From: Methanobacteriota archaeon | GTDB lineage: Archaea; Halobacteriota; Bog-38; Methanoflorentales; Methanoflorentaceae | Length of the DNA: 64,000 nucleotides | Direction of reading: 5' to 3' | NCBI GenBank assembly: GCA_963720465.1 | Contig: OY970393.1 | Span: forward strand, 2,144,001-2,208,000 | Part shown: positions 51,113-60,689 of the stretch, one piece after another | Position numbering within the stretch: the stretch's first letter is position 1 | Layout of the letters: every line of letters begins with the position of its first letter | Program-made: the position numbers and the translations under genes | Notes under the pieces: model-generated | Database searches by the model: none | Told to the model about the DNA's origin: nothing | The model's input: the letters and a program-made list of their open reading frames with translations, nothing else

Positions 51113-52111
51113 GAAACTGCGTTTGTAATTGTATCTCTACTATTAAGCTCTTACACTGCGCCCGTCAGACCTACAGTTGGCGCCGTTGGACTACAACGCC
51201 CGCAGAACTAAGCGGACAGCTAGAGTTTTTGAAACGGTCAAAAACATTCCGCTGCTGGTCCTATTTAATTGCCGATATCATTGTCAGCTAGCGCATCAAT
51301 TTACGCACTGGCTATCGTAGGAGCGCTACTGCGACCGCAATTTCTGGCACGGTCAATTGCTTTGCCGTCGAGGACGTCGCCCGGATTGAGCTTGCAGCGC
51401 AAGCTATTAACGATTGCTCGTCACGCTTGATGAAGTGAATGCTTGCACTTGGGCAGTCGACCACATTTGAGGCAGTCGACCGCATAAATTTCCGACAGTT
51501 GCGCAAGTACGGATCATAAAGTGTCATATCCCTGTGGACGAGACTTGTCTTGCACACGCTGGACAATCCTTAATGCGGTACGGGCGTTCTCCCTGTTGTG
51601 GGACCGCCGCGCCAAGCGGAGTGCAATCTATACTTCAAGCACCAAAAGCGCGCGGGAGTTAAGCTGGGAATCTTAGAGGAGCGGCACCATAGATGCCGAC
51701 TGCCCTAAATTTTTTTAAGGAATCAACTTCGTAGCAAAGAATCTCTCACGGGGGCGCGTTCGAAACAACGCCTGCTTTTGGTTGAACAGCACGCGAAAAC
51801 CGTGTTTTGGGATTCAACAACGCAATTAAAGTTGCGAATTCCTCTCGCATCGACAACTTGTGAAAAAAAAGACTGAGGCGGCCAGACTCTCCGCCAGATG
51901 CATTTCAAGCAGAATTGAGATCCAGTGTGACCTGCGCGAGAGCATGTTGACCGACGTCAAAATGCAAGTCGTTTCTGAGTGTTTCTTTGATGCATTCTAG
52001 GCAGCAGTGTTGAAAATCTTCTAACAACAGAAATGCTCTGGACCCGCCTGAAGCCGGATCGACTTGTCTTAAAGCCGCTCATTTGACAAAAAAAGCCAAA
52101 TGCAGCGCCTG

Positions 52112-52282
52112 CTACCGAGAAACGATAAAATTTAGCGCGAGTATGATTGCTGCTGAGAGGATGCACGCGATGAGGATTGAGCGAGGGTTGACATGTATGG
52201 CGTTCTTGTCTTCTGATTCATAGTATCTCACCAAACCAGCGCTCGACATAGGTCCCGCTGTTTTGCGCTTCCCTTTCGGCAT
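52112..52282 (-). CDS. secG: Preprotein translocase subunit Sec61-beta (SecG)
   Basis: Manual translation MPKGKRKTAGPMSSAGLVRYYESEDKNAIHVNPRSILIACILSAAIILALNFIVSR (56 aa); SSAGLVRY signature plus one TM helix. Confidence 0.93.
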   Translation of the reverse strand: MPKGKRKTAGPMSSAGLVRYYESEDKNAIHVNPRSILIACILSAAIILALNFIVSR

Positions 52283-52319
52283 AGTTTCAAATACAGTTTG
52301 CTATGATTTATACGTTGCT

Positions 52320-53420
52320 ATGGACTACGTCGTCGGTGGACGGATTCTAAACGGCAGCGATTTTGATGTGATTACGGGCTACGTCCACGTGGAATCAGGC
52401 AGAATCGCCGAAATAGAAGAACGGTCAAATGTTAAGCCAGATACCTGCAGGGCAAGCGGAATCATCATGCCCGCTTTGATCAACGCGCATACCCATCTTG
52501 GAGATTCTATAATCAAGGACGTACCTTTCAGTAGCTTAGATAGGCTCGTAAAACCTCCTCACGGGTTGAAGCACCGCGCACTCCGCGACACAGCACCGAA
52601 AGTCTTGATCGAGGCGATGCGGAAGTCACTGCTAGACGCTCTCGCGACTGGGACGACCATGCTTGCCGATTTTAGGGAGGGCGGTGTCGTCGGCGCTAAC
52701 GCGCTGAAAACTGCAATCGATTCAGTAAAAAAAGTGCAAGTGATGATTCTTGGTCGGCCAAGTAACGGACGAGATTATATAGTAGAAGATGAAATTGATA
52801 CCATTCTTGATGTCGCGCACGGCCTTGGGGTAAGCGGAAGTCGCGATGTCAGCAGTTCATCGCTCAGGGCGATGATCGACAAGGCACGAACACGCGGCAA
52901 GTTTGTTGCCATGCACGCAGGCGAAAAAGATGACTCTGATATTGATGCTGCGATCGCTTTGAATCCCGATTGTCTCATTCATATGACCTACGCATCAAAG
53001 CACCAGATTGAAAACGGCACTCCCATTGTGGTGTGTCCTCGGTCGAACCTGGTAACTGGCGTCGGATCGTCTTTTATGCACCCATCAATAGCTCAAATGT
53101 TACAGACGACCACCGTTGGGCTCGGCACGGACAACGTGATGCTCAACTCACTAAACATGTTTGCAGAAATGGAGTTCACCTCAAAAGCGTTTTTGCGCGA
53201 CGACCGCAAAGTGCTCGAAATGGCAACGCTAAACAATGCTAGGATAATGGGGATTGCTGACGAAATCGGCTCTATTGATCTTGGCAAGAAAGCCAATCTC
53301 CTAGTTATCAACGACCGATCAAACAACCTCTTTGGGACGAAGAACATTATAAGTAGCGTGGTCAGAAGGGCTCGGCCCGATGACATCGCTCTTCTCACTC
53401 ACGGAGGGCGAGGCGCTTGA
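52320..53420 (+). CDS. Amidohydrolase family (deaminase-like)
   Basis: NAHTHLGD, HAGE, CPRSN, GLGTDN, GKKANL. Confidence 0.88.
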   Translation: MDYVVGGRILNGSDFDVITGYVHVESGRIAEIEERSNVKPDTCRASGIIMPALINAHTHLGDSIIKDVPFSSLDRLVKPPHGLKHRALRDTAPKVLIEAMRKSLLDALATGTTMLADFREGGVVGANALKTAIDSVKKVQVMILGRPSNGRDYIVEDEIDTILDVAHGLGVSGSRDVSSSSLRAMIDKARTRGKFVAMHAGEKDDSDIDAAIALNPDCLIHMTYASKHQIENGTPIVVCPRSNLVTGVGSSFMHPSIAQMLQTTTVGLGTDNVMLNSLNMFAEMEFTSKAFLRDDRKVLEMATLNNARIMGIADEIGSIDLGKKANLLVINDRSNNLFGTKNIISSVVRRARPDDIALLTHGGRGA

Positions 53421-53587
53421 GCGTGAGCTTCGACAACTGGAGCCTGCGAGGCTTCGCGGCCAGCAGGCAACGCACACACACTCAGATTGGTCGGCGCTAC
53501 AAATGGGTATTTATGCTACCGATTTCAAAGCTATGCCCTCGCGGCTGCGACCCGTCGGTGCTAGGTCGTGGGTAAAGAGGCTCAACG

Positions 53588-54424
53588 ATGATAAAAGTCG
53601 AAGATGTGATGACGAGGGACGTCGTCTTCGCTGAGGTTCCAGGATCGCGAGATACGGCCCTCAAAATCATGAAGGACAGAGGGGTAACAAGCGTCCCCGT
53701 TGTGAAGAATCACAAGCTCGTAGGAATAGTCACGCGGGGAGACATATTTCGAAACCCTGAGGAGGACCAAATAGCACTTCTCATGACGAGACAGCCCGTT
53801 TTCGTGTCTCCGAATGCGACCATCAACGATGCTGCTCATATTCTCGTAGAAAATACCATCAGGCGGATGCCAGTTGTGGATGACTCGGAACTCGTCGGCT
53901 TCATTACGGTAACCGATATCGTAAGCGCCATAGCGGATATGGATATTGGGATACCTGTTGATGACTATATCATTCGCGAAATAGTCGCAGTTTGGGAAAT
54001 GACGCCGGTGGATGTTGTAGGCGAAATCATGAAACTCGCAAATGCTGACGCGAGCCCTGTGCTTGATTCGACAAACAAGGTTGTTGGCATCGTTACAGAA
54101 AGTGCCCTTTTGAAAGCCAGCAAAATTGAAGACACAACAGAGAAAGCGGATCTATCCGCCGGCTCAGATGAGGACGCGTGGACCTGGGAAGCGGTCAGGG
54201 ATACGATGAGCCTGTACTATGGTGTTTCCAGAGTAGAGCTTCCGAGCGTGCCCGTAAAGGACATAATGATGGCCGAATACGAATCAATTTATCACAAAAC
54301 AGGAATAAGCGAATGCGCGAGACAAATGCGGCGTTTCGACGTTGAGCTTTTGCCCGTCGTCACCGCAGAGGAAAAACTTCAAGGGATCATAAAGGATTCA
54401 GACCTCGTCAAAGTCTTGCTTTAA
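53588..54424 (+). CDS. CBS-domain protein (4 CBS)
   Basis: Repeated V.D.M / PVV..LVGIVT..D motifs. Confidence 0.92.
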   Translation: MIKVEDVMTRDVVFAEVPGSRDTALKIMKDRGVTSVPVVKNHKLVGIVTRGDIFRNPEEDQIALLMTRQPVFVSPNATINDAAHILVENTIRRMPVVDDSELVGFITVTDIVSAIADMDIGIPVDDYIIREIVAVWEMTPVDVVGEIMKLANADASPVLDSTNKVVGIVTESALLKASKIEDTTEKADLSAGSDEDAWTWEAVRDTMSLYYGVSRVELPSVPVKDIMMAEYESIYHKTGISECARQMRRFDVELLPVVTAEEKLQGIIKDSDLVKVLL

Positions 54425-54611
54425 GCGCGTGCAGTCAACCGCGGCTTATAAAACTTAGGTCTTTGAACGGCAATAACGCCGCCGACGTGGCTTTTTTTAG
54501 ATACTGGCTTTCGCCTCGGTCGTTGTGATTCCGCGCGACGGCGCCTGCCATACACAATCATTAAGTCCTCGGAACAGAACGTACACACAAAGGAGAAGGC
54601 TGATTCAAGAT

Positions 54612-55670
54612 ATGCGTCGATTCGCATTGCTGGCACTGTCACTGAGTTGGGCATTTATTGCGCTCGTCACATTTTCACCGCTGGCAGAAGCGACAGTGTT
54701 CATCCCACACCAATCAACTGTCGCACAGCTAGATACAGGCGGAAACATTTTCGACCAAATTGACAGCTTATACAACAACTTCACAAAGCGATTAGACGAC
54801 ATCAATCCGTTAGCGCCGCAACAAGCAGCGGCGCCGTCTGTCAAAATCGCCGAGGTCAAAACTGTTACTACTGGACAGTCTGCTGTGACGCCACAAGTTA
54901 TCGTTACGCTACAAAACGGGAAAGTCGCTCTCGATGGGGTCCGAGTTGACGTCGTTTATAAGAACACGGCGGGCGAAAACGTCACTTCAGACAGCACCGT
55001 GGTAGCGTTAAAGGTAGACGAAACGCGTTCCGTAACGTTCACGCCAACGGGTTTGCCAGCAGGCAGTTATGTAATCGGTGTCGTCGTTTATAAGAACGGC
55101 ACCGATCCATCAAATCAGGCCACACCCCCTTATGACACAGAGCAAAACGCGGCAACGCTCGCAATCGCAAGCCCCACCCCTAGTACTGCAGCAGCAGGAA
55201 AAGCAGGAGATCCCGGGAGTCAGGCGAATAACGCTGGCGATGTTTTAACCCAGCTCAATACCTGGATATATTTTGTAATCGCAATTACAGCGCTCATAAC
55301 CATCGCGCTCTTTTTTGTCTTCTCGCAAAACAGGTCGGGAGAAGACCGCTACGAGGAAGATCATTTCAGGAGAGAAGGCTACCCGGCTGGAGGTAGCGGC
55401 GTGTCTGACCTGCCTGCAGTGAGTAAGTCACCGTCAGCAGACCGCCCACGCGATAGTGCGTCCGACTCAGTCTTTGGACGACAGCCATCAAGAAGGATAG
55501 AAGTGGACGCATCTGAAGTGGCGCCTGAAGAACCGCGAAGAACCACAGCGAAAAATTCTTCTCGTTCAACCGAGGACGTGCCGCACTTCGATGCCGATGG
55601 GTTTGTTGTCGGCGATGTGACGTCGAAAAAGGCGCTCAGGAACAAGATACGAGGAAAGAGAGGCGCTTAG
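54612..55670 (+). CDS. Hypothetical single-pass membrane protein
   Basis: Signal peptide MRRFALLAL..AEA, beta-rich extracellular domain, TM helix, charged low-complexity tail. Confidence 0.75.
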   Translation: MRRFALLALSLSWAFIALVTFSPLAEATVFIPHQSTVAQLDTGGNIFDQIDSLYNNFTKRLDDINPLAPQQAAAPSVKIAEVKTVTTGQSAVTPQVIVTLQNGKVALDGVRVDVVYKNTAGENVTSDSTVVALKVDETRSVTFTPTGLPAGSYVIGVVVYKNGTDPSNQATPPYDTEQNAATLAIASPTPSTAAAGKAGDPGSQANNAGDVLTQLNTWIYFVIAITALITIALFFVFSQNRSGEDRYEEDHFRREGYPAGGSGVSDLPAVSKSPSADRPRDSASDSVFGRQPSRRIEVDASEVAPEEPRRTTAKNSSRSTEDVPHFDADGFVVGDVTSKKALRNKIRGKRGA

Positions 55671-55726
55671 CCACTGTCGTTCAGCTGAATTGTTTCCAGC
55701 GGATTGCACGCTGTAGCGCGAAAGCG

Positions 55727-56737
55727 CTACCCCCATAGTGTACCTGTATCGAGGTTCTGTCGAACGGTTTCTTTTATCAAGCTGATTTTGCTGCTGTCTG
55801 ATGGGTCAATGCGCGCTGTAAGTCTCTCGACGCGTTCAGCTGCCGTAAGCGTATCTAAGTGAACCAGGATCACGCTCACGCCGAGTTCTTGTGCTCGCGC
55901 GATCACGTGATTGGCGGGATATAGTCCTCCAGTTAGCACAAGGCACGACGTCGACGTCGACAACGCGGCAAGCTGCAAATCGGCTCTGTCACCTCCAGTG
56001 ATCACCGCCTTCGCGGGAACCCGTCTGAAGTACTTGAGGGCAGATTCAGGCGTCATGGCCCCGATCAGGACCTTCTCGATGAGGCGGTCTTCCCCCTCGA
56101 CTATGACTTCTCCTCCAAGTTCTTCGGCTATCTCGTAGGCGTGGAGAGCTTTCAACTCCTTTAGGAACGGGATAGACCCGACAATTTTTATTCCGCGTTT
56201 AATCATGTAATTTTCGAATCCAGGATCTTGTGATTGATTCAATACAACGCCTTTGAGCCTGACCTTGAGCTTTTCGAGAAGAAGTTTGGTCATTGCTACC
56301 TTATCGAGCGAGTAAATGTCGGTCACGAGTAAGATCTCGGTGTCGAGTTTTCGAGCAAGCTGAATGCTTGAAACGTCGTGAATGAACCCTGTGCTAATAT
56401 CTTTCGTCCCCTCGATCAAGACCGCCTGTTTGTCGCTGCAAATGCGGTTTAAGCCGCAGATGATGTCCTCAGCTTTAATGCCTTTAAATAGATTGTAGGT
56501 AAAAGGCGAAAGCAACGACTCCTCCTCCAAGTTGAGGACGTTCCTCATCAGATACGCGTCCTCCTCGACCAAATTTCCGTCAATTGCGATGAGATTCTCG
56601 CGAATAGGCTTATAGAACCCCAGTACTCCTGTAAAGTTTAAAGCGAGGCCTAAAGCGATTATAGTTTTGCCACTACGTTCAGATACTGAACTTATGACAA
56701 GTGTCGGAACATCGCACTTAGATTCCAAGTGGTCCAC
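55727..56737 (-). CDS. Phosphotransacetylase N-terminal family (BioD-like P-loop + DRTGG)
   Basis: SGKT, YKP, IEG, GAM, ITGGDRAD, LTGG. Confidence 0.88.
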   Translation of the reverse strand: MDHLESKCDVPTLVISSVSERSGKTIIALGLALNFTGVLGFYKPIRENLIAIDGNLVEEDAYLMRNVLNLEEESLLSPFTYNLFKGIKAEDIICGLNRICSDKQAVLIEGTKDISTGFIHDVSSIQLARKLDTEILLVTDIYSLDKVAMTKLLLEKLKVRLKGVVLNQSQDPGFENYMIKRGIKIVGSIPFLKELKALHAYEIAEELGGEVIVEGEDRLIEKVLIGAMTPESALKYFRRVPAKAVITGGDRADLQLAALSTSTSCLVLTGGLYPANHVIARAQELGVSVILVHLDTLTAAERVERLTARIDPSDSSKISLIKETVRQNLDTGTLWG

Positions 56738-56763
56738 CTCTGAATTTTTTTCGGTTAATACTA

Positions 56764-58839
56764 CTATCTCCCGCTTATCACGACGAGCGCGTCCACCGCA
56801 ATGCAGCCATCTTCTTGAACCATCAGCGGGTTAATCTCTATTTCTTGGATCTCTTCAAAGTCCTGACTAATTTGGCTGACCCTCACGATCGTATCGGCCA
56901 CCGCGTCGATGTCGAGGGCCTTTCTGCCGCGCGTGCCCAGCAGAATCGGGTATGATTTGACTTCCGCGATCATGTGTTTTGCTTCGGCGACGGTTATTGG
57001 CGCCAACCTATGCGACACATCTTTTAGTACTTCCACGTACAAGCCTCCTAAACCGAAGGTGATAAAGGGTCCGAATTGGGGATCGCAAGTCACCCCAACG
57101 ATTACCTCTTCGCCCTGCACCATCTCTTGGATTATCACCCCTCCGATTCGCGCCTGGGGCATGCGCTTGTTGACGTTGGCATATATTTGATCAAAAGCGT
57201 TTTTAGCCGCCCTGTCGTTGCTTACGCCCGTGATGACCCCCCCTACGTCGGTCTTGTGGGCAATGTCTGGCGAGCTTACCTTCATGACGACGGGATATCC
57301 GATCTCTCGTGCCGCTTGGATGACGTTGTCCCGCCTAGTAACGACTATATCTCTAGGGGCTTTGATCCCGTAAGCTCGCAGCACGTCTTTCCCTTCTTCT
57401 TCTGTCAAAGCTGTTCGTCCCTCAGACCGAACTCCTTCAATGCGTAGAAATGCTGCGCGATTATGCGCGCGTGTTAGCTGCGTCGATGTGCTCTCTGAGG
57501 ACGTCGCAATCCCCCTGAACTTTATGAGGTTACTGGCCGCCCTAACTGCGGTTTCCGGACTGTTGAAGTTCGCCGTTCTGCCGTGTTTTAGCTTTTCGCG
57601 CGCTGCGCTCAGCTCCTTTCCTCCGATGAATGAGGTTATAATGGGTTTGCTTGCGTGCAACGACAGCCTGTTGATCAGGTTGGCAGTCTCTTCAGGTTCC
57701 GTCATGGCTTGTGGGGTAAGAAGCAAGATAACTGCGCCGACATTTTGATCGGCCAATATGATCTCGAGCGTCTGCAAATATCGATGCGGCTTTGCATCCC
57801 CGAGAATGTCAATCGGATTGTAGATATTGCTCTCTTGAGGTAGTGCTTTTCGCAGTGCTTCTATTGTCTCATTCGTGAGGTTCGCCAGCGGCACGCCGCA
57901 CTCGGCGCTGGCGTCGCTCGCGAGTACGCCCGGCCCCCCTCCATTCGTTATGATAACTATGCCGGGACTTTTCGGAATCGGGCAGCGCGAGAAGGCTTTC
58001 GCGGCGTCGAAGAATTCGTCAGTCGAATTCACTCGTAGAATCCCTGACTGTTTGAATGCTGCGTCATACGCGGCATCTGAGCCGGCGAGCGCGCCAGTGT
58101 GAGAGGAGGCTGCCTTGGCCCCCATATCGGTCCGACCGGCTTTGAGGGCAATAACAGGCTTGAGCCTCGAAACCTCTTTCGAGACCTGCATAAACTCGCG
58201 CCCATTATCGATACCCTCGACGTAGAGCGCAATAACGCGCGTCGAAGGATCGCGTGCGATGTAGTCCAAAAGCTCAGCCTCAGCTACATCGACCTTGTTT
58301 CCGACGCTCACGAATTTGTCAAAGCCAAGGCTTTCATTCGCCGCCCAGTCGAGAAACGATGTGCAAATTGCCCCACTTTGCGATATCAACGAAATGCCGC
58401 CTTTGATCGGATACTCGCTTGCGAAGGAAGCATTCAAGTGGGCGCCAGTGCTCATGACGCCCAAACAGTTGGGACCGACGATTCGAATCCCATATTTTTT
58501 GGATATCTCCCGAATTTGAGCCTCGAGCTTTGCGCCTTCTGCGCCAGATTCTCGAAATCCTGCTGATATAATTACTGATGCCTTTACGCCGACGCGCGCT
58601 GATTCTTCTAAAACAGCGGGGACGATTTTTGCTGGAACGACGATGACTGCGAGATCGACCTTCTTTGCCGTGTGAAAAGTTTTTAACCCTAAGATCTCAT
58701 CGGCGCTGGGGTTGATAGGAACAAGTTCTCCCTGGAAGTTGGCATCAAGGAGGTTCTTCAACACTGAATGTCCCACTTTGTCCTCTTCTCGTGCGGCTCC
58801 AATGACGGCTATCGATCGCGGATAAAAGAAGTCCTTCAT
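56764..58839 (-). CDS. acd: Acetate--CoA ligase (ADP-forming), fused alpha/beta
   Basis: SIAVIGA, GPNCLG, SQSG, SHTGALAG, NPIDILGDA, HKTDVGGV, EINP. Confidence 0.92.
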   Translation of the reverse strand: MKDFFYPRSIAVIGAAREEDKVGHSVLKNLLDANFQGELVPINPSADEILGLKTFHTAKKVDLAVIVVPAKIVPAVLEESARVGVKASVIISAGFRESGAEGAKLEAQIREISKKYGIRIVGPNCLGVMSTGAHLNASFASEYPIKGGISLISQSGAICTSFLDWAANESLGFDKFVSVGNKVDVAEAELLDYIARDPSTRVIALYVEGIDNGREFMQVSKEVSRLKPVIALKAGRTDMGAKAASSHTGALAGSDAAYDAAFKQSGILRVNSTDEFFDAAKAFSRCPIPKSPGIVIITNGGGPGVLASDASAECGVPLANLTNETIEALRKALPQESNIYNPIDILGDAKPHRYLQTLEIILADQNVGAVILLLTPQAMTEPEETANLINRLSLHASKPIITSFIGGKELSAAREKLKHGRTANFNSPETAVRAASNLIKFRGIATSSESTSTQLTRAHNRAAFLRIEGVRSEGRTALTEEEGKDVLRAYGIKAPRDIVVTRRDNVIQAAREIGYPVVMKVSSPDIAHKTDVGGVITGVSNDRAAKNAFDQIYANVNKRMPQARIGGVIIQEMVQGEEVIVGVTCDPQFGPFITFGLGGLYVEVLKDVSHRLAPITVAEAKHMIAEVKSYPILLGTRGRKALDIDAVADTIVRVSQISQDFEEIQEIEINPLMVQEDGCIAVDALVVISGR

Positions 58840-58944
58840 CTTATTCTTTTTAGCGTTCTCGAAAGTAATAAACATATCTCGTCGATTTAGCAATTGTACG
58901 GCTCTAGTTCTTGATTATAACGATTGTGCCGCATTAGGACACTC

Positions 58945-58960
58945 GAATGTTTTATATATG
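58945..58960 (+). promoter_or_regulatory. TATA box upstream of the PGF-CTERM gene
   Basis: GAATG-TTTTATATA; GGAGGT RBS at 58989-58994. Confidence 0.55.
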
Positions 58961-59001
58961 AACTTGCCGATAATGGTTGAGAAACTGTGGAGGTAATCAA
59001 G

Positions 59002-59964
59002 ATGCCACGCTCGTCGAACAAAATGACATTACTATTGCTATCTTCGATCGCAGTCTTGCTGATGCTAAGCGCTGTTATAACCCCTACATCCGCAACGACT
59101 CAACTTCAACTTCAACCCACAACCATTACTTCAGGCGGCAGGGTCCTCGTGTCGGCGAACATGGCGCGAAACGGAAGCACGGTCACGCTGTATTATTACT
59201 ACGACAAAAATGGAAACGGCTTGGCCGACGACGCCGGTTCGTCGTGGATCAAAATAGCTAACGTCACCGACGGTGGGGCGAATGACGCTGACAACCATAC
59301 CAATGGTTACATACTGTTCTCGTGGTTGACTCCACAGCTCGCCCCTGGGCAGTACATCGTTAAGGTCTCGGATCCCTACGGACCCGACAAGGAGACCGAG
59401 TTGAGTGTTAACAACGCTCCGCTGAACATAGTTCCAACAGTTTACGGAGCACAAGGAACGTCCGCCAAAGGGCTCGTCAACACAGGGAACGCTTTCTCTG
59501 TCATTGCGATGGTAACGGGTAATTGTCGCCTTTGTCATCAGACTGATAATCCCACGGCTCAAAACCCCGGCGTCAACATTACAAGTGTAGAAAGTCTATT
59601 CTCAGCTAATTTGAGCCAAATCACGGGAAGTCCTACTGATGTCTCCCTTCAGCCCAACGAAGTGCATCACATGTATGTGGCTTGGACTGGAATCGCCAGC
59701 AAGACGCTTGCAAGTAACCAAACGCTTAGCATCACCGTAACAGGCACCAATCCGGCAGGTAACTTGATGACACAGGCGACAGCTTATGCCGGAGTCAACA
59801 AAGCGGTTAATATTGCGCCTACATCAACGAACAACCAGACTACGCAGAGTAGCGCCACAGGCCAACCAAGCAGTTCGAGCAGCAATCCCCTCCCGGGGTT
59901 TGAAATACCCATTGCCTTAGCCGGATTGATTTTGGTAGCATACCTGTTAAGCAGAAAGCGATAA
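59002..59964 (+). CDS. Secreted PGF-CTERM surface protein with a single CxxCH motif
   Basis: Signal peptide, DKNGNGLADD, CRLCH, S/T/Q linker, LPGFE-TM-RKR. Confidence 0.85.
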   Translation: MPRSSNKMTLLLLSSIAVLLMLSAVITPTSATTQLQLQPTTITSGGRVLVSANMARNGSTVTLYYYYDKNGNGLADDAGSSWIKIANVTDGGANDADNHTNGYILFSWLTPQLAPGQYIVKVSDPYGPDKETELSVNNAPLNIVPTVYGAQGTSAKGLVNTGNAFSVIAMVTGNCRLCHQTDNPTAQNPGVNITSVESLFSANLSQITGSPTDVSLQPNEVHHMYVAWTGIASKTLASNQTLSITVTGTNPAGNLMTQATAYAGVNKAVNIAPTSTNNQTTQSSATGQPSSSSSNPLPGFEIPIALAGLILVAYLLSRKR

Positions 59965-60054
59965 GCCTCGCGCCAACTGCAATAACGCCTCGCAATCGCC
60001 GCAATTTTGCCGTCGCACGGCGCGTTCGATTTCTCGCTACAACGGTCTATCAAG

Positions 60055-60648
60055 ATGAAACAGCGTCAGCTTGAAATCCTCCTCGAACGGGTGCAAGCGT
60101 TTGAATCCCCTTCTGCTGCGCGCGAGCAATACACTACTTCAGCGCCCATTGCCGCTCAGCTTCTTTATTTTGCCTACTTGCGAGGTGACATCGCCGGTCT
60201 GACAGTGGTGGATTTGGGCTGTGGGCCTGGCATCCTTGCCCTGGGCGCGGCGCTGCTGGGAGGCGTTGCGACAGGCGTCGATTCGGACGAGCGAGCACTT
60301 GACCTCGCTCGAACGAATGCGCAGCTACTCGGTGTGCATGTTTCTTGGCAAAATAGCCGCATAGAAGACTTTGAAGGTTCGTTCGACACGGTCGTGATGA
60401 ATCCACCGTTCGGAGCCCAGAAGCGGAGCAGTGATAGGCCGTTCTTAAGCAAGTCAGTACGTGTGGGCAAAGTCATCTACTTACTTCACAATTCCGTCGT
60501 AGATGGATTTGTAAGGCGATTTCTCGAGCCGAACCGCATTACTGACGCAATGAAGGTCAAACTGCCCATTGCACATACCTTTAAGTTTCATAAAGATGAA
60601 GTACGATACGTAGACGCTATAATTTATCGAATCGAACTCGTTCTTTGA
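60055..60648 (+). CDS. METTL5-family methyltransferase
   Basis: EQY.T, DLGCGPG, MNPPFG, FKFH. Confidence 0.9.
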   Translation: MKQRQLEILLERVQAFESPSAAREQYTTSAPIAAQLLYFAYLRGDIAGLTVVDLGCGPGILALGAALLGGVATGVDSDERALDLARTNAQLLGVHVSWQNSRIEDFEGSFDTVVMNPPFGAQKRSSDRPFLSKSVRVGKVIYLLHNSVVDGFVRRFLEPNRITDAMKVKLPIAHTFKFHKDEVRYVDAIIYRIELVL

Positions 60649-60689
60649 ATCATTGTTCTTGAATCTAAGAAGGAAGGAAAGGATAAGAA

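Noticed and set aside
51113-52111. Possible RNase P RNA or tRNA in the large gap (GTTCGAA near 51758)
   Set aside because: No GAGGAA-type P4 signatures and no acceptor or anticodon stems could be formed.
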